From Haliotis rufescens (lineage: Eukaryota): a DNA stretch of 64,000 nt. The translations under genes were made by a program, and so were the position numbers. Numbering within the stretch: the first letter of the stretch is position 1; each line of letters starts with the position of its first letter. Below are positions 26,230-40,620 of this stretch, piece by piece. The notes below the pieces were generated by a model. The model saw nothing but the letters and a program-made list of their open reading frames with translations. It searched no databases and was not told the origin of the DNA. Location: NCBI RefSeq assembly GCF_023055435.1, contig NW_025964001.1:32984001-33048000 (forward strand), in the 5' to 3' direction.

Positions 26230-27110
26230 CTGTTTACTGCATAGTGGTTCTTGTATTGTGTGCTAATAAGAACCATGCCGTCGGGAAACATCAGTAAAAA
26301 ACAACCGGATGTGAAGAATAATTACTCCAAACTCTTGAGAAACAGACAAGTCACTGACAATATCAAAATGAAAAGCGAAAATAGAATCGGCGATAAATTG
26401 TCTCCTTGTCGGACACCCGTAAACGAACTGAAAAAATTCTGTGCAGTTACCATCAACTGATTTGACACATGACTTGACATCTCTATACATGTTACGAAAT
26501 AAAGAGAGCAATTTGGAACTACAACACAATAAATTTAACTTGTGCCTGCCACAATGCTTGTCTATTCACAAAATCAATCGTTTACGAAAATCAATACGAG
26601 CAGATTATAACTTAAAACTTTACACAATGCTATATTTATAAGACCGTGTTACACGAAAATAGAATCTGTGGTACTGTTTTTTTCTTCTAAAACCAGACTG
26701 CTCTTCGACAAGGACCGAACAGTTCTCACACCACTCTATAAGCCCAGCTGCTAAATAATTCACGAGAGAAGAATAATTCCTCTAAAATTATCGACGATAG
26801 TCTTACTACCTTTAAGGTGAAAATGGACAATAACACCCTTTGTCCAATCAGTTAGATCATGTCCTGTTTTAATATAATATAAATAATACAATACATAATA
26901 TAATACAAATAATAGAAAACAGGTGGAGAGGTAGCCTCGGGACAGAACACCCAAGAGGCTTGGAAAGGAAGACGTCCTTCCCAGCTAGTGCAAACTGCTT
27001 GTGTTGAGACTGAAGTTGCCATGATGTCACAGTTCGTAATGGAGTCATAAATAGAGTCAGTTACAGTAATGTTTGAAAAAGGATCGCTAATGATGTACGA
27101 AACCAACCTG
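26230..27110 (-). mobile_element. Decayed LINE RT fragment (CR1/RTE-like) where exons 2-3 of paralogue A would lie
   Basis: DNFRGIILLS, EEQSGFRR..STTDSIF, MYRDVKSCVK and GVRQGDNLSPILFSLFI. Confidence 0.75.
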
Positions 27111-28130
27111 ACTGTGTATATTTATGTATTAATTTTAATTCCTCTATGGGAATGAACACAAGAGAAGATATAGTTTTATTGATAACAATATTAATGCTGG
27201 TCATCAAAACTTCAAATAAGCCAGTTTGTTTTACTTCCTTGCGTGGATGGCATACAATTCACAAACTTAAGGTTTGAATACAAATAACAGACTAGGATAC
27301 AAATAAGAGTTCACATCTCAATATGTTCATATCATATGTACATCAGGATGCTTCCTGTCAACAATGGTTTGAAATGTTACAGTACACATCTGATGTTTCA
27401 AAAACATTGCATCTTCATCAAATATCCCCGTGTCAGTTCGAACCCTCTATTTCCTCACCATTGGTAGATCGATATTTGTGTAACGTATATAAGGTGGGTG
27501 AGGAAAACTGAAACCTCAATGACACCGAATCCCACACTGGAGTGACACAGAGCAGGGACAGGAATGAATATAGTCAACCGAATAATGCCGAATATCTTTT
27601 TATAAAAGCGCTACGTTCTCAGATGTGAACTACAAGATCATATCGTGACACATGAATCGTTAAAAAGGTTAAATGTATTAAATGTAAGAACAAAATGTTC
27701 ACGAAAGATTTCATTCTCCGAGATGCCAAGTATAAAGTGTGATAGATGATAGTTTTTACACTGAAGGCTTAGACACAAACCATATGTATGTAGCCAAGCT
27801 ATGATGTAGATTACATAACCACATTCAACATCTTGAACTCCACATGTACAACATTACAGAAATGAAACACCGAAACATTAAGAGGACTATAACGTACAGT
27901 AAGTGATTAGGTTTACTTACATATGTTGACACTAGTTGCATATACACAGTGCATGTAGCAGACAAGCAGCCTCGCGGTCCACATGTCTCCGGACTGTGTG
28001 TCATGCATCTACTCGTGGTGGTGAACCCAACAGGGAAGTAGAACGCAGATTCGGAAAACAGAGCGGAAAACCTACTGTATCCCAGATCCTGTTGATGTAT
28101 GTTTTGTACTATCTGTTGGTCTGTTCAAAT

Positions 28131-28295
28131 GGGGGCGGACGGGTAACCTAGTGGTTAAAGCGTTCGCTCGTCACGCCGGAGACCGGGTTCGATTCCTGAC
28201 ATGGGTACAATATGTGAAGCCCATTTCTGGTTTCCCCCGCCGTGATATGGATGGAATATTGCTAAAAGCGGCGTAAAACCATACTCACTCACTAA
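28131..28295 (+). mobile_element. SINE family 1, ~150 bp upstream of the paralogue A start codon
   Basis: A/B boxes, tail, TSD CTGTTCAA. Confidence 0.85.
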
Positions 28296-31200
28296 CTGTT
28301 CAACAGAGTCGCTGAAGCAGGAGGAAACTGAGTTTTCACTATCACCCCAATATTTCATGATTTGCAATAGAGGAAAAGACATCCCCTTCATTTGCCGTTT
28401 TGGTATGTGACACATGTGCATCTATGTATATTATAACGCGGAGAACTCTTTTATTTATTTGGAGGAAATCGTAACATTTAGGAGATAAACAAACTGTGTT
28501 TTCAATGTAGAGCTAGGTTACCTGTAGATTTAACCCCGCTAAATTGAATTTGGAACCGAACGCGCAGCAAAATGAAACAATCTACCAGGTCATGAAATTC
28601 CCTGAAATGGAGGTTTGCAAGAAACACAATCAACATACATCCTTTTGCCAAGTGTGAGAAGGAAATCCTCAACAGTCGAAGATGTCCCGCAACTGCGACG
28701 CGGTTTATGCAATGTGATTCAACCTAATTAGGTTAAAAATCGACTTTATATATCTAAAATATTTTTTACACTAAAACTGTTTTTATCACTCGTACTGGAA
28801 TATTCATTCATGGACTAAATAATTTTATATTGTTTCACGTAACATTTTGTATGGAATGATCGTCAAGCTACCATCTGCTATCGACTAGCCGTTAGGCAAA
28901 AGTCATTATCGGTGTTTACTGTGATCTGTTGTTCGTGTTTTGAAAGTGTAAGTGGAAAACACGCGATTTTGTGGTCAGAAATGATACAATAGACCCTTAC
29001 TGTCGAACAGTTTTCGTCTTTTGGCCCCCATTTTACTTGTCGTAAGCTCCTGAGAGAGGCCCGCCTTTTTTGTTGTAACTGAGAGCTAAAACAGCCTCGA
29101 GAATAGACTTAGCTAAGATATTTTTCACTACGAATCTTTTACGCCAATGTTAGCGATAAGACAGCTTCGTCAATAGGCTGCCTTGATAATACTGATCATG
29201 TCTAACATAAGCGTATCGTAGAACCCATGGGGCAATCTTGATACGATTGGTCCTCATGCAACTCGTGCTTGCTGTAAGATCGGGTGTGATCGTGTGTGAT
29301 TGAGTGTGAATGAGTGATTGCGTGTCATCGTACCCAACGGCGTTGGACGTTGCTTATGCTATCAATCGCTAGTTTGTCTGGCCCAGATTAGATTATTTAC
29401 AGGTTTACGCCCTGGCATGAATATGGAAAATACTTCATTCCGATTGATCAATCAGATGTATCAAATCACCTTTACCACCTCTGATTGAAACAGCAGAATT
29501 CGACGGCCGCACCACCGCTCAAGCCAATATGTATATAAAAGTACTTCTTTATCGTGATTGTTGGTAGGCATTTTTAAATTGTAACATTTACAATAATAGC
29601 TCATCAAATGCAGATAACTGTAAGCACAATATTCAAAGTATGTGTGGCAATACATTTTGGGAAGAAAAAACGATAGATGATAGTTACGTGAAACATAATT
29701 TTATTTACCATAATTATAAGAAATATCTGCTAAGAGCAGAGTCCATCGTACGATTCCAACTATAGCATACGCCTTTGTAATGAATCACTATAAAAAGTGA
29801 TGATGCCAGGTGTTCTGAACAAAGGTGAGAGTATCCTGCTCCACCGGTGGCATCCGAAACAATCACATGCGAAGGCAAATCGAGTCTTCCCCTAAACAAA
29901 CGTATGGTACATCACACGGGAACACACGGTCAAAGTTGGTAATAGCATCGGACATCATGTTCTTTACGTGTTCACCATAAAACGTTTTAAAAGTTTTACT
30001 AAGGCTTTGCATGCTATACGTTTTACGACACTTTTTGGACACTCTTTAAAGTCTTCGTAAAAAGAGCATGCTCGAAATTGATTGTATCTAAAAAAAATGT
30101 GAAATGTAGACATCAAAGACTCAAACTTCTCGAATATTACTTCGCAAAAAGGGAAAGACAAACTACGTTCAATTTCTCAAGTCATTTAAATAGTGCATAC
30201 AATTAAAATGCTTAAATAGTACTAAGAAAGTTCCTAACCAAAACATAGAAAAATGATAATTCTTTTCTAAATTTTCTGTAAATGACAAAGACCCGTTTTT
30301 GGTGCTAAATGAAAATAGTGACAAAATAATGCGTATCCAGTTATCATGTGCGAATATGGTAAATATGAACATTCAGTAGAAACACGCTGTTCTGTCTGTA
30401 GGCGTAACAAGAAACGTGCATTGGTAAACATATATAATCTGCAAAAACAAGAAACGCAAAAGTAGTAAAATCGTAAATATCTGACAGAGTGATGACGATA
30501 TCCGTACAAAACTAATTGGTCATTTCTGCATTGATTGGGATTTTTTTGTATGGAAAATTGATTTACTGCAGAAATCTGGTGAAAACATGGAAAAATCGCA
30601 AAAACACAACCATATGAGAGCACGTGCAACATCACGTGTTGTGCAATAAAAAAGTTGGGATTCTCATGTGCATGCCATCACAATCTTACGGCAAGCGAAA
30701 ACAGGCCATGACTGACAGAAGCCCAACGCAACAACGACATCGGCCGAATCATCGTTGGCCGTAGCCAGGTTTTTCTATGTTGCACTAAGAACCATTACAA
30801 GACTGTAGACCCGTTATCAGACGCACGGGACAACATATAAATTTATACTAAACTATTTTTACAATATAGAAAAAGATATGTGGGGATTATAACGTGATTT
30901 TATCACACTGATTTACGAAACGAATGGCAGGATTCTTTGTATTTGCAAGCCATCACTTCTAAACTGACGTGAATCAGAAAACATTACACTTGAAAATTTA
31001 ATTTCACCTAAACATTGCAAACGTTACCAAAACGTTACCAGGTGTTATTTCTGCACATGGTATCTGTGAACCAGCTCAAACTGATCATAACAATGCCTGC
31101 TTTCAATCTGCCCATCAAACATTGAGAAATACATCTTTTTCCCGGCAGTTTTATTGGAAGCCACTTCTTGAAGTTAACAGCGTCAACATGACGTCAATCT

Positions 31201-34149
31201 GTACGTTGTCCACGCTGTCAACCATTGTTTTTGCCTGGCCTAAACTTGACTATTTATGGCCAGTCGTAATAAAATTTTAATAATGTTGACCGTGACGTTA
31301 ACACAGCAAACAAACAACTAAATGAATTTCATCACATGGAAGATTTGGGTACACTCTTTTTAATTCAAAAAATCAGTATGTCCTTCGATGACAACGCCAT
31401 TCAGATGACTTCATAAAGAGGTCTTAGGTGTAAACATCAGGATAATACATTTCTCTTCAATTTATAACATAAAATGACATCTAGAATGAAATGAAGTTAA
31501 TTTTCTACACACATGTACATTCAGATTCCCAAAATTCGTAATTGTTTTCAGTGTCGTGTATCGTTTTATAATTGCCAGTGTCATCTGTGACCCAAGACGC
31601 ACTTCCTGCACTGTACATTATCGAGGGTAGATAGCACAAGTATATTCGATTATTACTACATCTCAATACACCTACACATATTTCATATTTCATGACTTAC
31701 AATGAAAAGATACAGGGAAATTGAAAGAACTCTTCGTGGGCGTGGTCAACACTGCAGTCAGCTTAAACTACTTCACGTTCAGTTGTAGTTTTGTGTATCT
31801 GACTCCTAGGTAGAAGACATATTTTTTTAAGTTGTAATAAGCATTAGTGTGAAATCTAAATCTAAATCTATATATATATAAGAGATATAGCTGAACATTT
31901 ACCTCAGGGGCTTGTATCCTGTCCTCAACACTGACAAAATTGTCATGCTACTCATTTAAAGGTATGAATTTGGCGAAAACATATGTTTGTTAATGGATGC
32001 ACTAGTGTGGAATGTGGTTATTTCAATGTTTGTCCGATATGTGCGTGTAACATATCATTTTCACACAGGAATGTACAGCATTGCTATATCAATAGCAGTA
32101 GAGATAGCTAAAGATAAAATGGGTATGGATATGGGTAAACCATCCTGTTACAGTGATACATGTAGAAATTGTCTAATTTATCAAACTTGTTGTTTCAAAG
32201 ATTTAAATAAGCATCACAAGCCCCGACATTAATACAAAAATTAACAAATTACATGTCCGGAATGGTATCTGACAAACGAATTCATTCTTCAGATTCTGGT
32301 TTCTTTTCGCTATTTAAAGAAGTGCTGCTAGGAACCTCACCTTTGCAGAAGAAATACAAGAGTGACGACTATCAGGCGAAAACCACATAGCCTGCAGCCA
32401 GCCCTATGATTACACCTGGACAAAAAGGAAATGTTAGATGTCAAAAACTAAATAAATATGTTGAACGCACATACTAGTTTACCCAAGAAATATTGGGCAT
32501 GTCCAGTAAGTATGTATACTATATTGAAGTAAACGATCACTATGGAATGCACACCGAAAACTGCTACAACTATTAAAGTACACAATATATAATGATATGT
32601 CATGCAATCTTGACAAGGGGCCTGTTCCAATCAGAGCTGAGATGATTAAACACTAACAATAGTTGTAGAGCTGAGTGCCCATATCTGGTTTCCCCGCCTG
32701 ATAAAACTGGAATATTGCTACAATCTGCGCAAACTCATACTCACTCACTAACGTTAAGCTAAGTCGCTTTGTGGAATATTGAGTACTACTGCATACAAAC
32801 AATTTTCAATGAAACTGAATTCTTTATCACTTTCATTATGGACTGTTGATAATACTGTTATGGGGAATTGTGATGATAGATGTGGTTTTACACCACTTAA
32901 CAACAATATTCAAACATTAGGAATCGAACACTGGTCTTCAGCGTGGCGAGCGAGCGCTATTATGACAGGGTAACCCCCTGCAGTGACCACTTACCCTTCT
33001 GACTATCAGTTGATGGACCGTCTGTGGTGGGATGAGAGGGATGAACAGTGGAAACTGTTGACAAAGATGGCGTTGCTATTTCAGCTATGATGGGGCAGGT
33101 GATATGACAAGTGTAATAGTCCCGTATAAACATCCAAAATTTGGTACATACAAAATGTTTAGGCTGAATGCAATAATTTGATTAGGTGTGTGGTAATGGG
33201 AAAATGAATCAGGATATCTGACAATATAACCAAATCTATATTTTTGAATGAATACGACTATGAATGAGAAGGGGGTTGGGTTGCTAAATGAAAAAGAGGG
33301 TACCAGTAACAAGATCTGAAGAAAGAAAAGTATTCATACGCCATTTTCTTTTCAAAGCTAGGCATGTTGATGTTGATGATTCAACGAACGGAAAAAATGG
33401 ATTAAAGAGAATCCACTCCTACTTACCATTGTGTACAACTACATTTGTATCTCTCATGCTAATTACCTTCACAGATAGACGCAAGGCGAAAACTGCATGA
33501 CACCCAGTACCGCTTCCATTTGCCATGGTTGTTTTTCAAAGCTAGGCATTGGCGTCTTGTTCTGAAAACATACAATAATCCACAGTCTGTACAATCCAAC
33601 CAGCATTCATATTTACATAGTTATGTAAATTGTTGTACAAACTTACGTAAACAGATGAATATACTTGGTTCTATGCTGTTGCTGTCTAGATATTTGTTGT
33701 CATCAACTGCTATTTATTCAAACAAATCAAATACCCATTTCTTGCTGTAGACTTTTTTGTAATGTCATTTAAGAGGAATATCTTAACATTCATAATTGGA
33801 GCACAGAGTAATCATCGAATTGCATGAAATTGTTCAGACGTGTATGATTATTATAGTTATGTAACAATCAACTGCAGCATTTCCAGTGAAGTCGTCCTTG
33901 TTAGCAAATCTCGCAGTGATCGCCCGATTGGTGGGGTTTCCATATTTTACTTTATTCTGAATATATAGTCACCATTTTATACCGTTTTGTACAGGCATAT
34001 TTTTAAAGTCTAACAATTTACCAAATGCTGAAATGATTTCTGCATATTTGATATTATATCATTAAGTTAGCCATTCGTTAGTGTCACTTTCAATTAAAGT
34101 TACACATGAATGGGCAACGTTTACGAAAACTTTTAATGATACAAGTGTC

Positions 34150-35110
34150 TATAGAAATGCAGGGTCCAAGAAGCAGCGAACGTTGGAAGTCATGCCTACA
34201 CTTACTGAAGCTGCGCGAAAAAAATTATCATTTAGAGGTAGTCCACGGGTGACCATGACCACCAATGAATGCTTCATGCGCTAACCTCACCTGTGTAGCC
34301 ACCTCTTAACGCCCCCTGTATCACTTCTGTAGTCCAAGGTTTTCGCAGAATTTCCGAGCACACCGTCAGGAATCGTTTGGTTAAGGGGGTGGGGGTAGGG
34401 GTGTCGGTATTAGCAGGTATTAGAGCCCTAAGTACAGTACGTGGCCTTGTTCTGTCACCACATTCAACTTCGTCTTTAATGGTGCCAAAATCATAATGGA
34501 TGGCCTCAACAGTTATTAATCAATATTTCTCCTACGACTTCCAGATGGCATAACACGGGTATACAAGCGACATTGATGAACGTTTGGCGCCAAACTGTTT
34601 TCAGATTTGGAGGTGGCAAATTTAATGTGTTGTGTTCTCGCACTGTAAGAACAGACCTTGTGTACGTCACAGGCATATTTACAGCCGTTCGTAACTGCAG
34701 CGAGATCCTTTGGCCAAACTCGTACTTCATTCCATTCCTGAACCAACGTGACGTCATTGTCAACACAACACGTATTTCCATTCACGGACGATTTCCGAGC
34801 AAACAACAATATTCTAGTTCTTCAGTGCTCATCCAGATCAACAGATCTGAACCAAATTGAATATGTATTGGATGAATCTGATAGGCGTGTTTCACGACGT
34901 AACATACATTGCAGGACTTGTTGTAGGCCTTGCAACTAGAGTGAAATAACATCCCCAGATAGTTCTTGGAGATTCTTGTTAATTCCATCGCTCGGCAGTG
35001 TCAGGCTATCATTAATTCCAGTGGTGGTCATACACAATATGGAAGTGCTCCGTCTTTGACCTTGCTCATTTCGTAATGTAACTGAATTCTTAAAACACTG
35101 AGAATAAAGA
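34150..35110 (+). mobile_element. Decayed Tc1-like element in intron 6 of paralogue B
   Basis: MPTLTEA, ERLAPNC..RFGGG and STDLNQIEYVLDESDRRV; collinear with 23917-25090. Confidence 0.7.
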
Positions 35111-38100
35111 CGTTGTTATATGTTTGTAACCAACTGAAAAGCTCTTTACATATAAATGTCATTGAATTCAGCCATTGCGGTTTATTCTATTAATACTATA
35201 CAACTTAAACTGACAGGTAAGCACAAAAATAATGAAACGTACCATCAACCCATTTCCTTGAGACTTTCAATACAAGCCCAATCCAAAAGTTATAAGATCC
35301 TGGAATATTCTGGATCTCTTTTGCAGTTGAATCGTTGAGTCTGATCAGATCATTTGAGTAATGAGCATGTGTCCATATCTGTTTCTGGCTTTTCGCTGAT
35401 GGGGACACGCACACGCTCCCACTGCAGTTTGCCTGGGGAGTATCTACAAACATATGAAATACAATGTCCGGTAACGTCTTTTTAGTTTACAATTAGAAAG
35501 AAGCCGATGGTAACACAAGATAACGGAGTGACAAAATACATGGGTTTGTATGAGTGCTCCTATCATGAAAATCGTTGTGATGATATGCTTTTATGATAGT
35601 CCATGACAATACAAGATATGTATGCTTAGCATGATTATTGTGTTGTGGACTTCATGAAGGAAATTTCACTACATTTAGATATGTCAACGCTTGAAATGCA
35701 TTCTGAAACCAGCATATGCTGCTTTTTAGCATTTTAGATCATTTACTTTTAAAAAGCGATATGTTTTCTGCAATCTGCATGCGCATGACAATTACGAGCT
35801 TCGGTTGACATTAGCGTTTCAGTTTAGTTGATTCTGGGGATTAAAATTTACATTTGTTAAATTCGCATTGGCCATGTGTGTCACTGGGTAAATCATTTCA
35901 GACTGCAGGAAACGCCGATTACGTAACAGAGTGATGTGAGATAACATAGGTCATACTTACTGTGGGAATAATATGCAAATCTTCGCACAAGGAGTATACA
36001 AGCGAGGTGATATTCAAATGTTATTGAAATTGTATGTGTCTTCAGGGCAACGGCACATCGCCAAGCTCCGACGGTATAAATCCAACGTTTCCTATAAAGA
36101 GGTGAAAGTGACATAAAGTCACACAAACATACACATGTTATTTATGACACAGCGTGATAATTTACATACAATTATCACGTACATTACTTGTAAAACCTTG
36201 AATGAGATGAATTGTTCAGTTTATGACAATTATCATATGGCTATTATGGTCACAACGTAGAGCAACCTGAAGTGAAACTTCAAGATAACAGCGTGATCTT
36301 GATGATTAGATTGTCACAATATCAACGTGAACTTTGAAGATACCACAAGATGATATGTTGCCTGTGAGTATAATCTTTTAACCATACTATCCGATATTTT
36401 ATATAGTATAAGTGTAGGGACGCACATACCAGTACCACGTGTATAGACTGACATCCCAGCCGCGTCGCCACACATTTCATCTGGGTTGCCGGGACACTGC
36501 ATTCCTCTTGCACTCGTATTTGTAACGTTGTACGAATGTCCGAGACAATAACACTTTACTCCCTACAAAACCCAAACACATAATGACTTTGTGTATTCGT
36601 GACTTTGTGTATTCGTGTATTCATTTCTGGTGTCCCCTGCTGTGATATTGCTTGAATATTGCTAAAAGTGGCGTAAAAACATACTCACTCACTGATTCAC
36701 TCACTAACTCAAGAATGCCATTGAAACATATTATAACTTGTTACGTCTGTCATAAAAAAACCCATTGATATCAATATGTAGAGGATCTTTTATTATCCAG
36801 GTGTACATGTACAACATCCATTACATTAACAAATAGTACCCCTCCCTCTCGTGTTTCCTTCATGTGTCGTGTGTGGGTTTTCAAAACAGAAGAAAATGTA
36901 CCAACGTGATCCTATTCTATATACCACTTTGGGATCAATTGTATTTGTGACAAAAAAAACCTCTTACGCTCAGGCCCACTGTACGGTTGGTTTTACAATG
37001 AAGTTGACACTCGTAAACAGAGTTACTGGACACATTGTTTGGGCTCGTTGTGGGTGATGCACTGTACCCATCATAGTTGTAGAGAGGGGTACCATCTTCT
37101 GTAATATCATATATTAGAGGCTTCAGTAACATACTAACTTCAAGTACAATTAATGCATAGACAACGCCACATTGATACATATATAGTATCTATTTAGCTT
37201 TGGGAACTACATGTACTTTTACTTTTGTAGACTCACCTGTCCATATCCATGTTGAATACCTCATGGCTCCTACCCAATAGCTTTTGTTACTGTGTAGAGA
37301 GTTTTCCACGACTGGAGGGAGAAACTCTGTATCAGAAATATACAGATCTCTCTTCGGCGCCATCTTACAGTTTTCCCGAGCATCCCACCAGTTGTTTTCC
37401 TGCTCGTTTATGAAGATGTGTTTTGTCTCCGTGGCTTCAAATGATTAATTAACATATTTTAAAATTATATCCACTGTTGGTATATACATATGCGACATAG
37501 TCAAGACATCTGCTTTCAGATATATAAGTATATATATTACTCCAAGTTTGCTAATGATCACCACTTTAAAAGGTAATACGTCAAATTGCGTGCATCTGTT
37601 GAAATAACCAAAGGCAATATTGCGTGAAGACAAGTTTAATGAATCAAAGTCCGTCGTTATTTGCCACACAATGTCAGCAAACAAGGTGTGACCGATAATC
37701 AGTCAGATCACCTGTCAAAAAGAGAATATCTCACCAAAACTGAAACGTCCAAAAATCACGAAAACAAATTCATTGTCCCCCAAAAACAACGCTAAGTCGC
37801 GCATATGAGATCTACGTGGTGCGGTCACAGCTTATCGCTGTCATCTCTTGCTCCCAATATACAAACATGCTCAGGATATAGTCGGAATCGTACAATCGAC
37901 TCTGCTTTTGGCAGAAATTTCTTATGAATATGGAAAGAGTTTTGTCGCTAATATTTGCCACAGAGCCGGTTTCGGCAGATTACAGGCGCGTGGTAAGAAA
38001 TGCCCCGGCCTAATTAATATCCACTTGGATATGCTAATCACGAACCTTCTGTGAAAAAGGAAAATTCATTCTACTGTCAGGTAAATCATCGTCTAATTTG

Positions 38101-38970
38101 AGAAGATGTTCTTATTTTAACTTGAAAAGCCATGTTTGATTGTTTGTTTTCATTCTGCCGATGTGTAGATCTTTGTTTCAAAATGTTTGTAAGCATGGTA
38201 TCATCACTATTTGATTGTGATTCACAAACACATGCCTATGAGATAGTCGGAGTCGTACAAAGGATTACTATAAGCGCTACTTAATATTATGGGAAATCAA
38301 TGGTTTTGTCTCTTTTATAACAAACAGATAGGGGATATTGTCACAGAAGAACGTTCATCAAGCCGAACACAAAGAAGGCACAGCATGACATTGGTGTAAA
38401 TTATCTATTTGAGATGACGCAAAGTCAGAAAATGTGTAAAATAGCTTGATAGCGTTAGGTGTAACGCTTTGTAGTGATTACAGTCTGTTGTCATATGTTG
38501 CACATTTACCTCAATTTACAATACCGGACGCAAGTCAAACAATCATATTAAACAACCATAAGGTTTTTTTCCCTCTAAACAGGATGTAGACATGCTCCTA
38601 AAACTGCCAATCATTGATATCTTTTGATCGGATATACGACGCTATATATTTAATCTGGTGTATCTATACATTTGTTGTAACTGTCTATTATTATAGAAAC
38701 ACGTTTAACAGCTTTTACTTTGTACATGATATGTTGCATTCCATTGAACGTGATCAAAATACGTTTGCACAATACAATACTTATCACGCATGGACCAAAT
38801 ATAACATTCGATCGACTGGTGTTTCATTACTAAATCAGACAAAAACGCACATCTAGAAAAAGTATATCGAATTATGTTAGGAGCCCATTAACTCTATGCA
38901 CAAATATCAGTCAGTTGTTTCAGTTGATTACAGTATGTTGTCATATGTTGCACATTTATCTCAATTCACA

Positions 38971-39240
38971 GTAGTGAGTGAGATGCGTTTAACGCCACTT
39001 TTAACAATATTAAAGTCATATCGCGGCGTGTCAGCTTAATGTGGGAGGAAAGCCCGAAGTGATGCAGGTCTCAGACGTTTATCAACTTCGATTAAACCGA
39101 AGCACGGATATGGTTCTGACAAAGCTAGAAGCATCGTCGGGGCGAACCGGGATTCGAACCCACAATCATAGGTTTCTGGCGTACCCAAGGGACGGAACTC
39201 TGCACAGCGAAACGTTTAGACGACTGGGCCACCCATGCCC
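38971..39240 (-). mobile_element. SINE family 2 copy
   Basis: Reverse complement of 2854-3133; TSD CTCAATTCA. Confidence 0.85.
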
Positions 39241-39759
39241 CTCAATTCAAAATACCGGGCACAAATCAACAAATCAAACAATAATATTAAACAAGCATAA
39301 GGGGTATTTATGTCCAAACAGGATGTAGACATGCACATAAAAATGCCAATCAATGATATCTTTTGAATTGATACATGACGCTATATACTGAATTTGGTGT
39401 ACATGTACATTTTTTTGTAACTGTCTATTATTATAGAAACACATTTTAACTGCTTTTACTTTGTACATTATTTGTTTTATGTCCATTGAAGCTGATCAAA
39501 ATCTTGCTAGGAACCCATTAATTCGTTTCAAATATATCAAATGAAGTTATTTCATTATTTGATTTATTTTAAAAAAAAAGTTATTGGAGCACAATCCTTT
39601 GAGTACAATCCTTTAGCACTAACCAGGTTCCTTGTATTGTTTGTATGGTAACATTTTCTGATATATTGGAGATAGAGCTTAGCTAATTTTACTGGATGTT
39701 ACCTGATTCGACATCAATATGTCATTCTGTGCTGACGTCAGTACATCTACGATGGCTGG

Positions 39760-40620
39760 TCAATACGTTCTAAGCCTGACTAACTTTCAACTATGGGTCA
39801 TTAAAAAAGTGAACTAGTCAATGTACTACATTGTTGGAGTAGTTCATTGCAAGAGTGTTTGGTCTGTTGAGGCCTGTAGTATATTAGTGACAGCCCGAAA
39901 TGGAAAAGAACGAGTACCGAGCAGTCATCGAGGTATTGACTTTAGAGAAAAATACTTCCCCAAACATTCATGACCGCATGTCACAAGTGAATGGGTATAA
40001 GAGCCAAAGCTATTCAACTTTTAAAGCAGCTATTAGGACACTATTTGACAGCTATGTATAAGGCTTGATGAACAAGTCTTGATGATGACTCTTGGTCTGG
40101 ACCTCCCTCAACTTCCATCCATGAAGATTCAATCTAGCGATAGAAACACTATAATGTCACGTAGACGTATTACCATTGATGAACTCGGGGAAGACACAGG
40201 TCTAAGCCATGGATTGAATGATACTATTATTCATAAATATTTACAGATGAATAAGATATCTGCTCGTTGGGTGACAAAGTTTCTAAATTCTGATCTTAAG
40301 AAAAAAGAACTGGCATTGCCAGAGACATCTTAGAGATAAGTGAGGATGATTTCATCAAATTAAGAAAGAGATAAGTAACGGGTGATGAAACATGGGTCTA
40401 CCAGTTTGATCCCTAGTCAAAACGTCAATCCATGGTTCCACTTCTCCGGCCTACTATGCTGATTTGCTTCATCGCTTGAGAGATTCTATCAAATAAAAAC
40501 AGCGAGGAAAGGGGTTCTACTACTTCATAACAATGCCTCTTCTCACACCTCTCGACATGTAAAGGCTGCTGTGCGACAATGTGGGTTCGAAGAGCTTCCT
40601 CACCCCCAATATTTCTTATA
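39760..40620 (+). mobile_element. Decayed mariner-type transposon in intron 1 of paralogue B
   Basis: MEKNEYRAVIE...IHDRM, MNKISARWV and VTGDETWVYQFDP; absent at the equivalent site of copy C. Confidence 0.75.

Larger units (their letters stand above)
22011..27984 (-). pseudogene. CTL/WSC receptor paralogue A (partial: lacks exons 2-3, TM exon and tail exon)
   Basis: Exons: 27984-27921 (signal peptide MWTARLLVCYMHCVYATSVNI), 26158-26023 (WSC C-half), 25725-25591, 25379-25188, 22920-22780, 22094-22011. Each exon is open with GT-AG ends, but exon 1 (phase 1) cannot join exon 4 (phase 0) in frame, and no TM exon follows. Confidence 0.75.
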
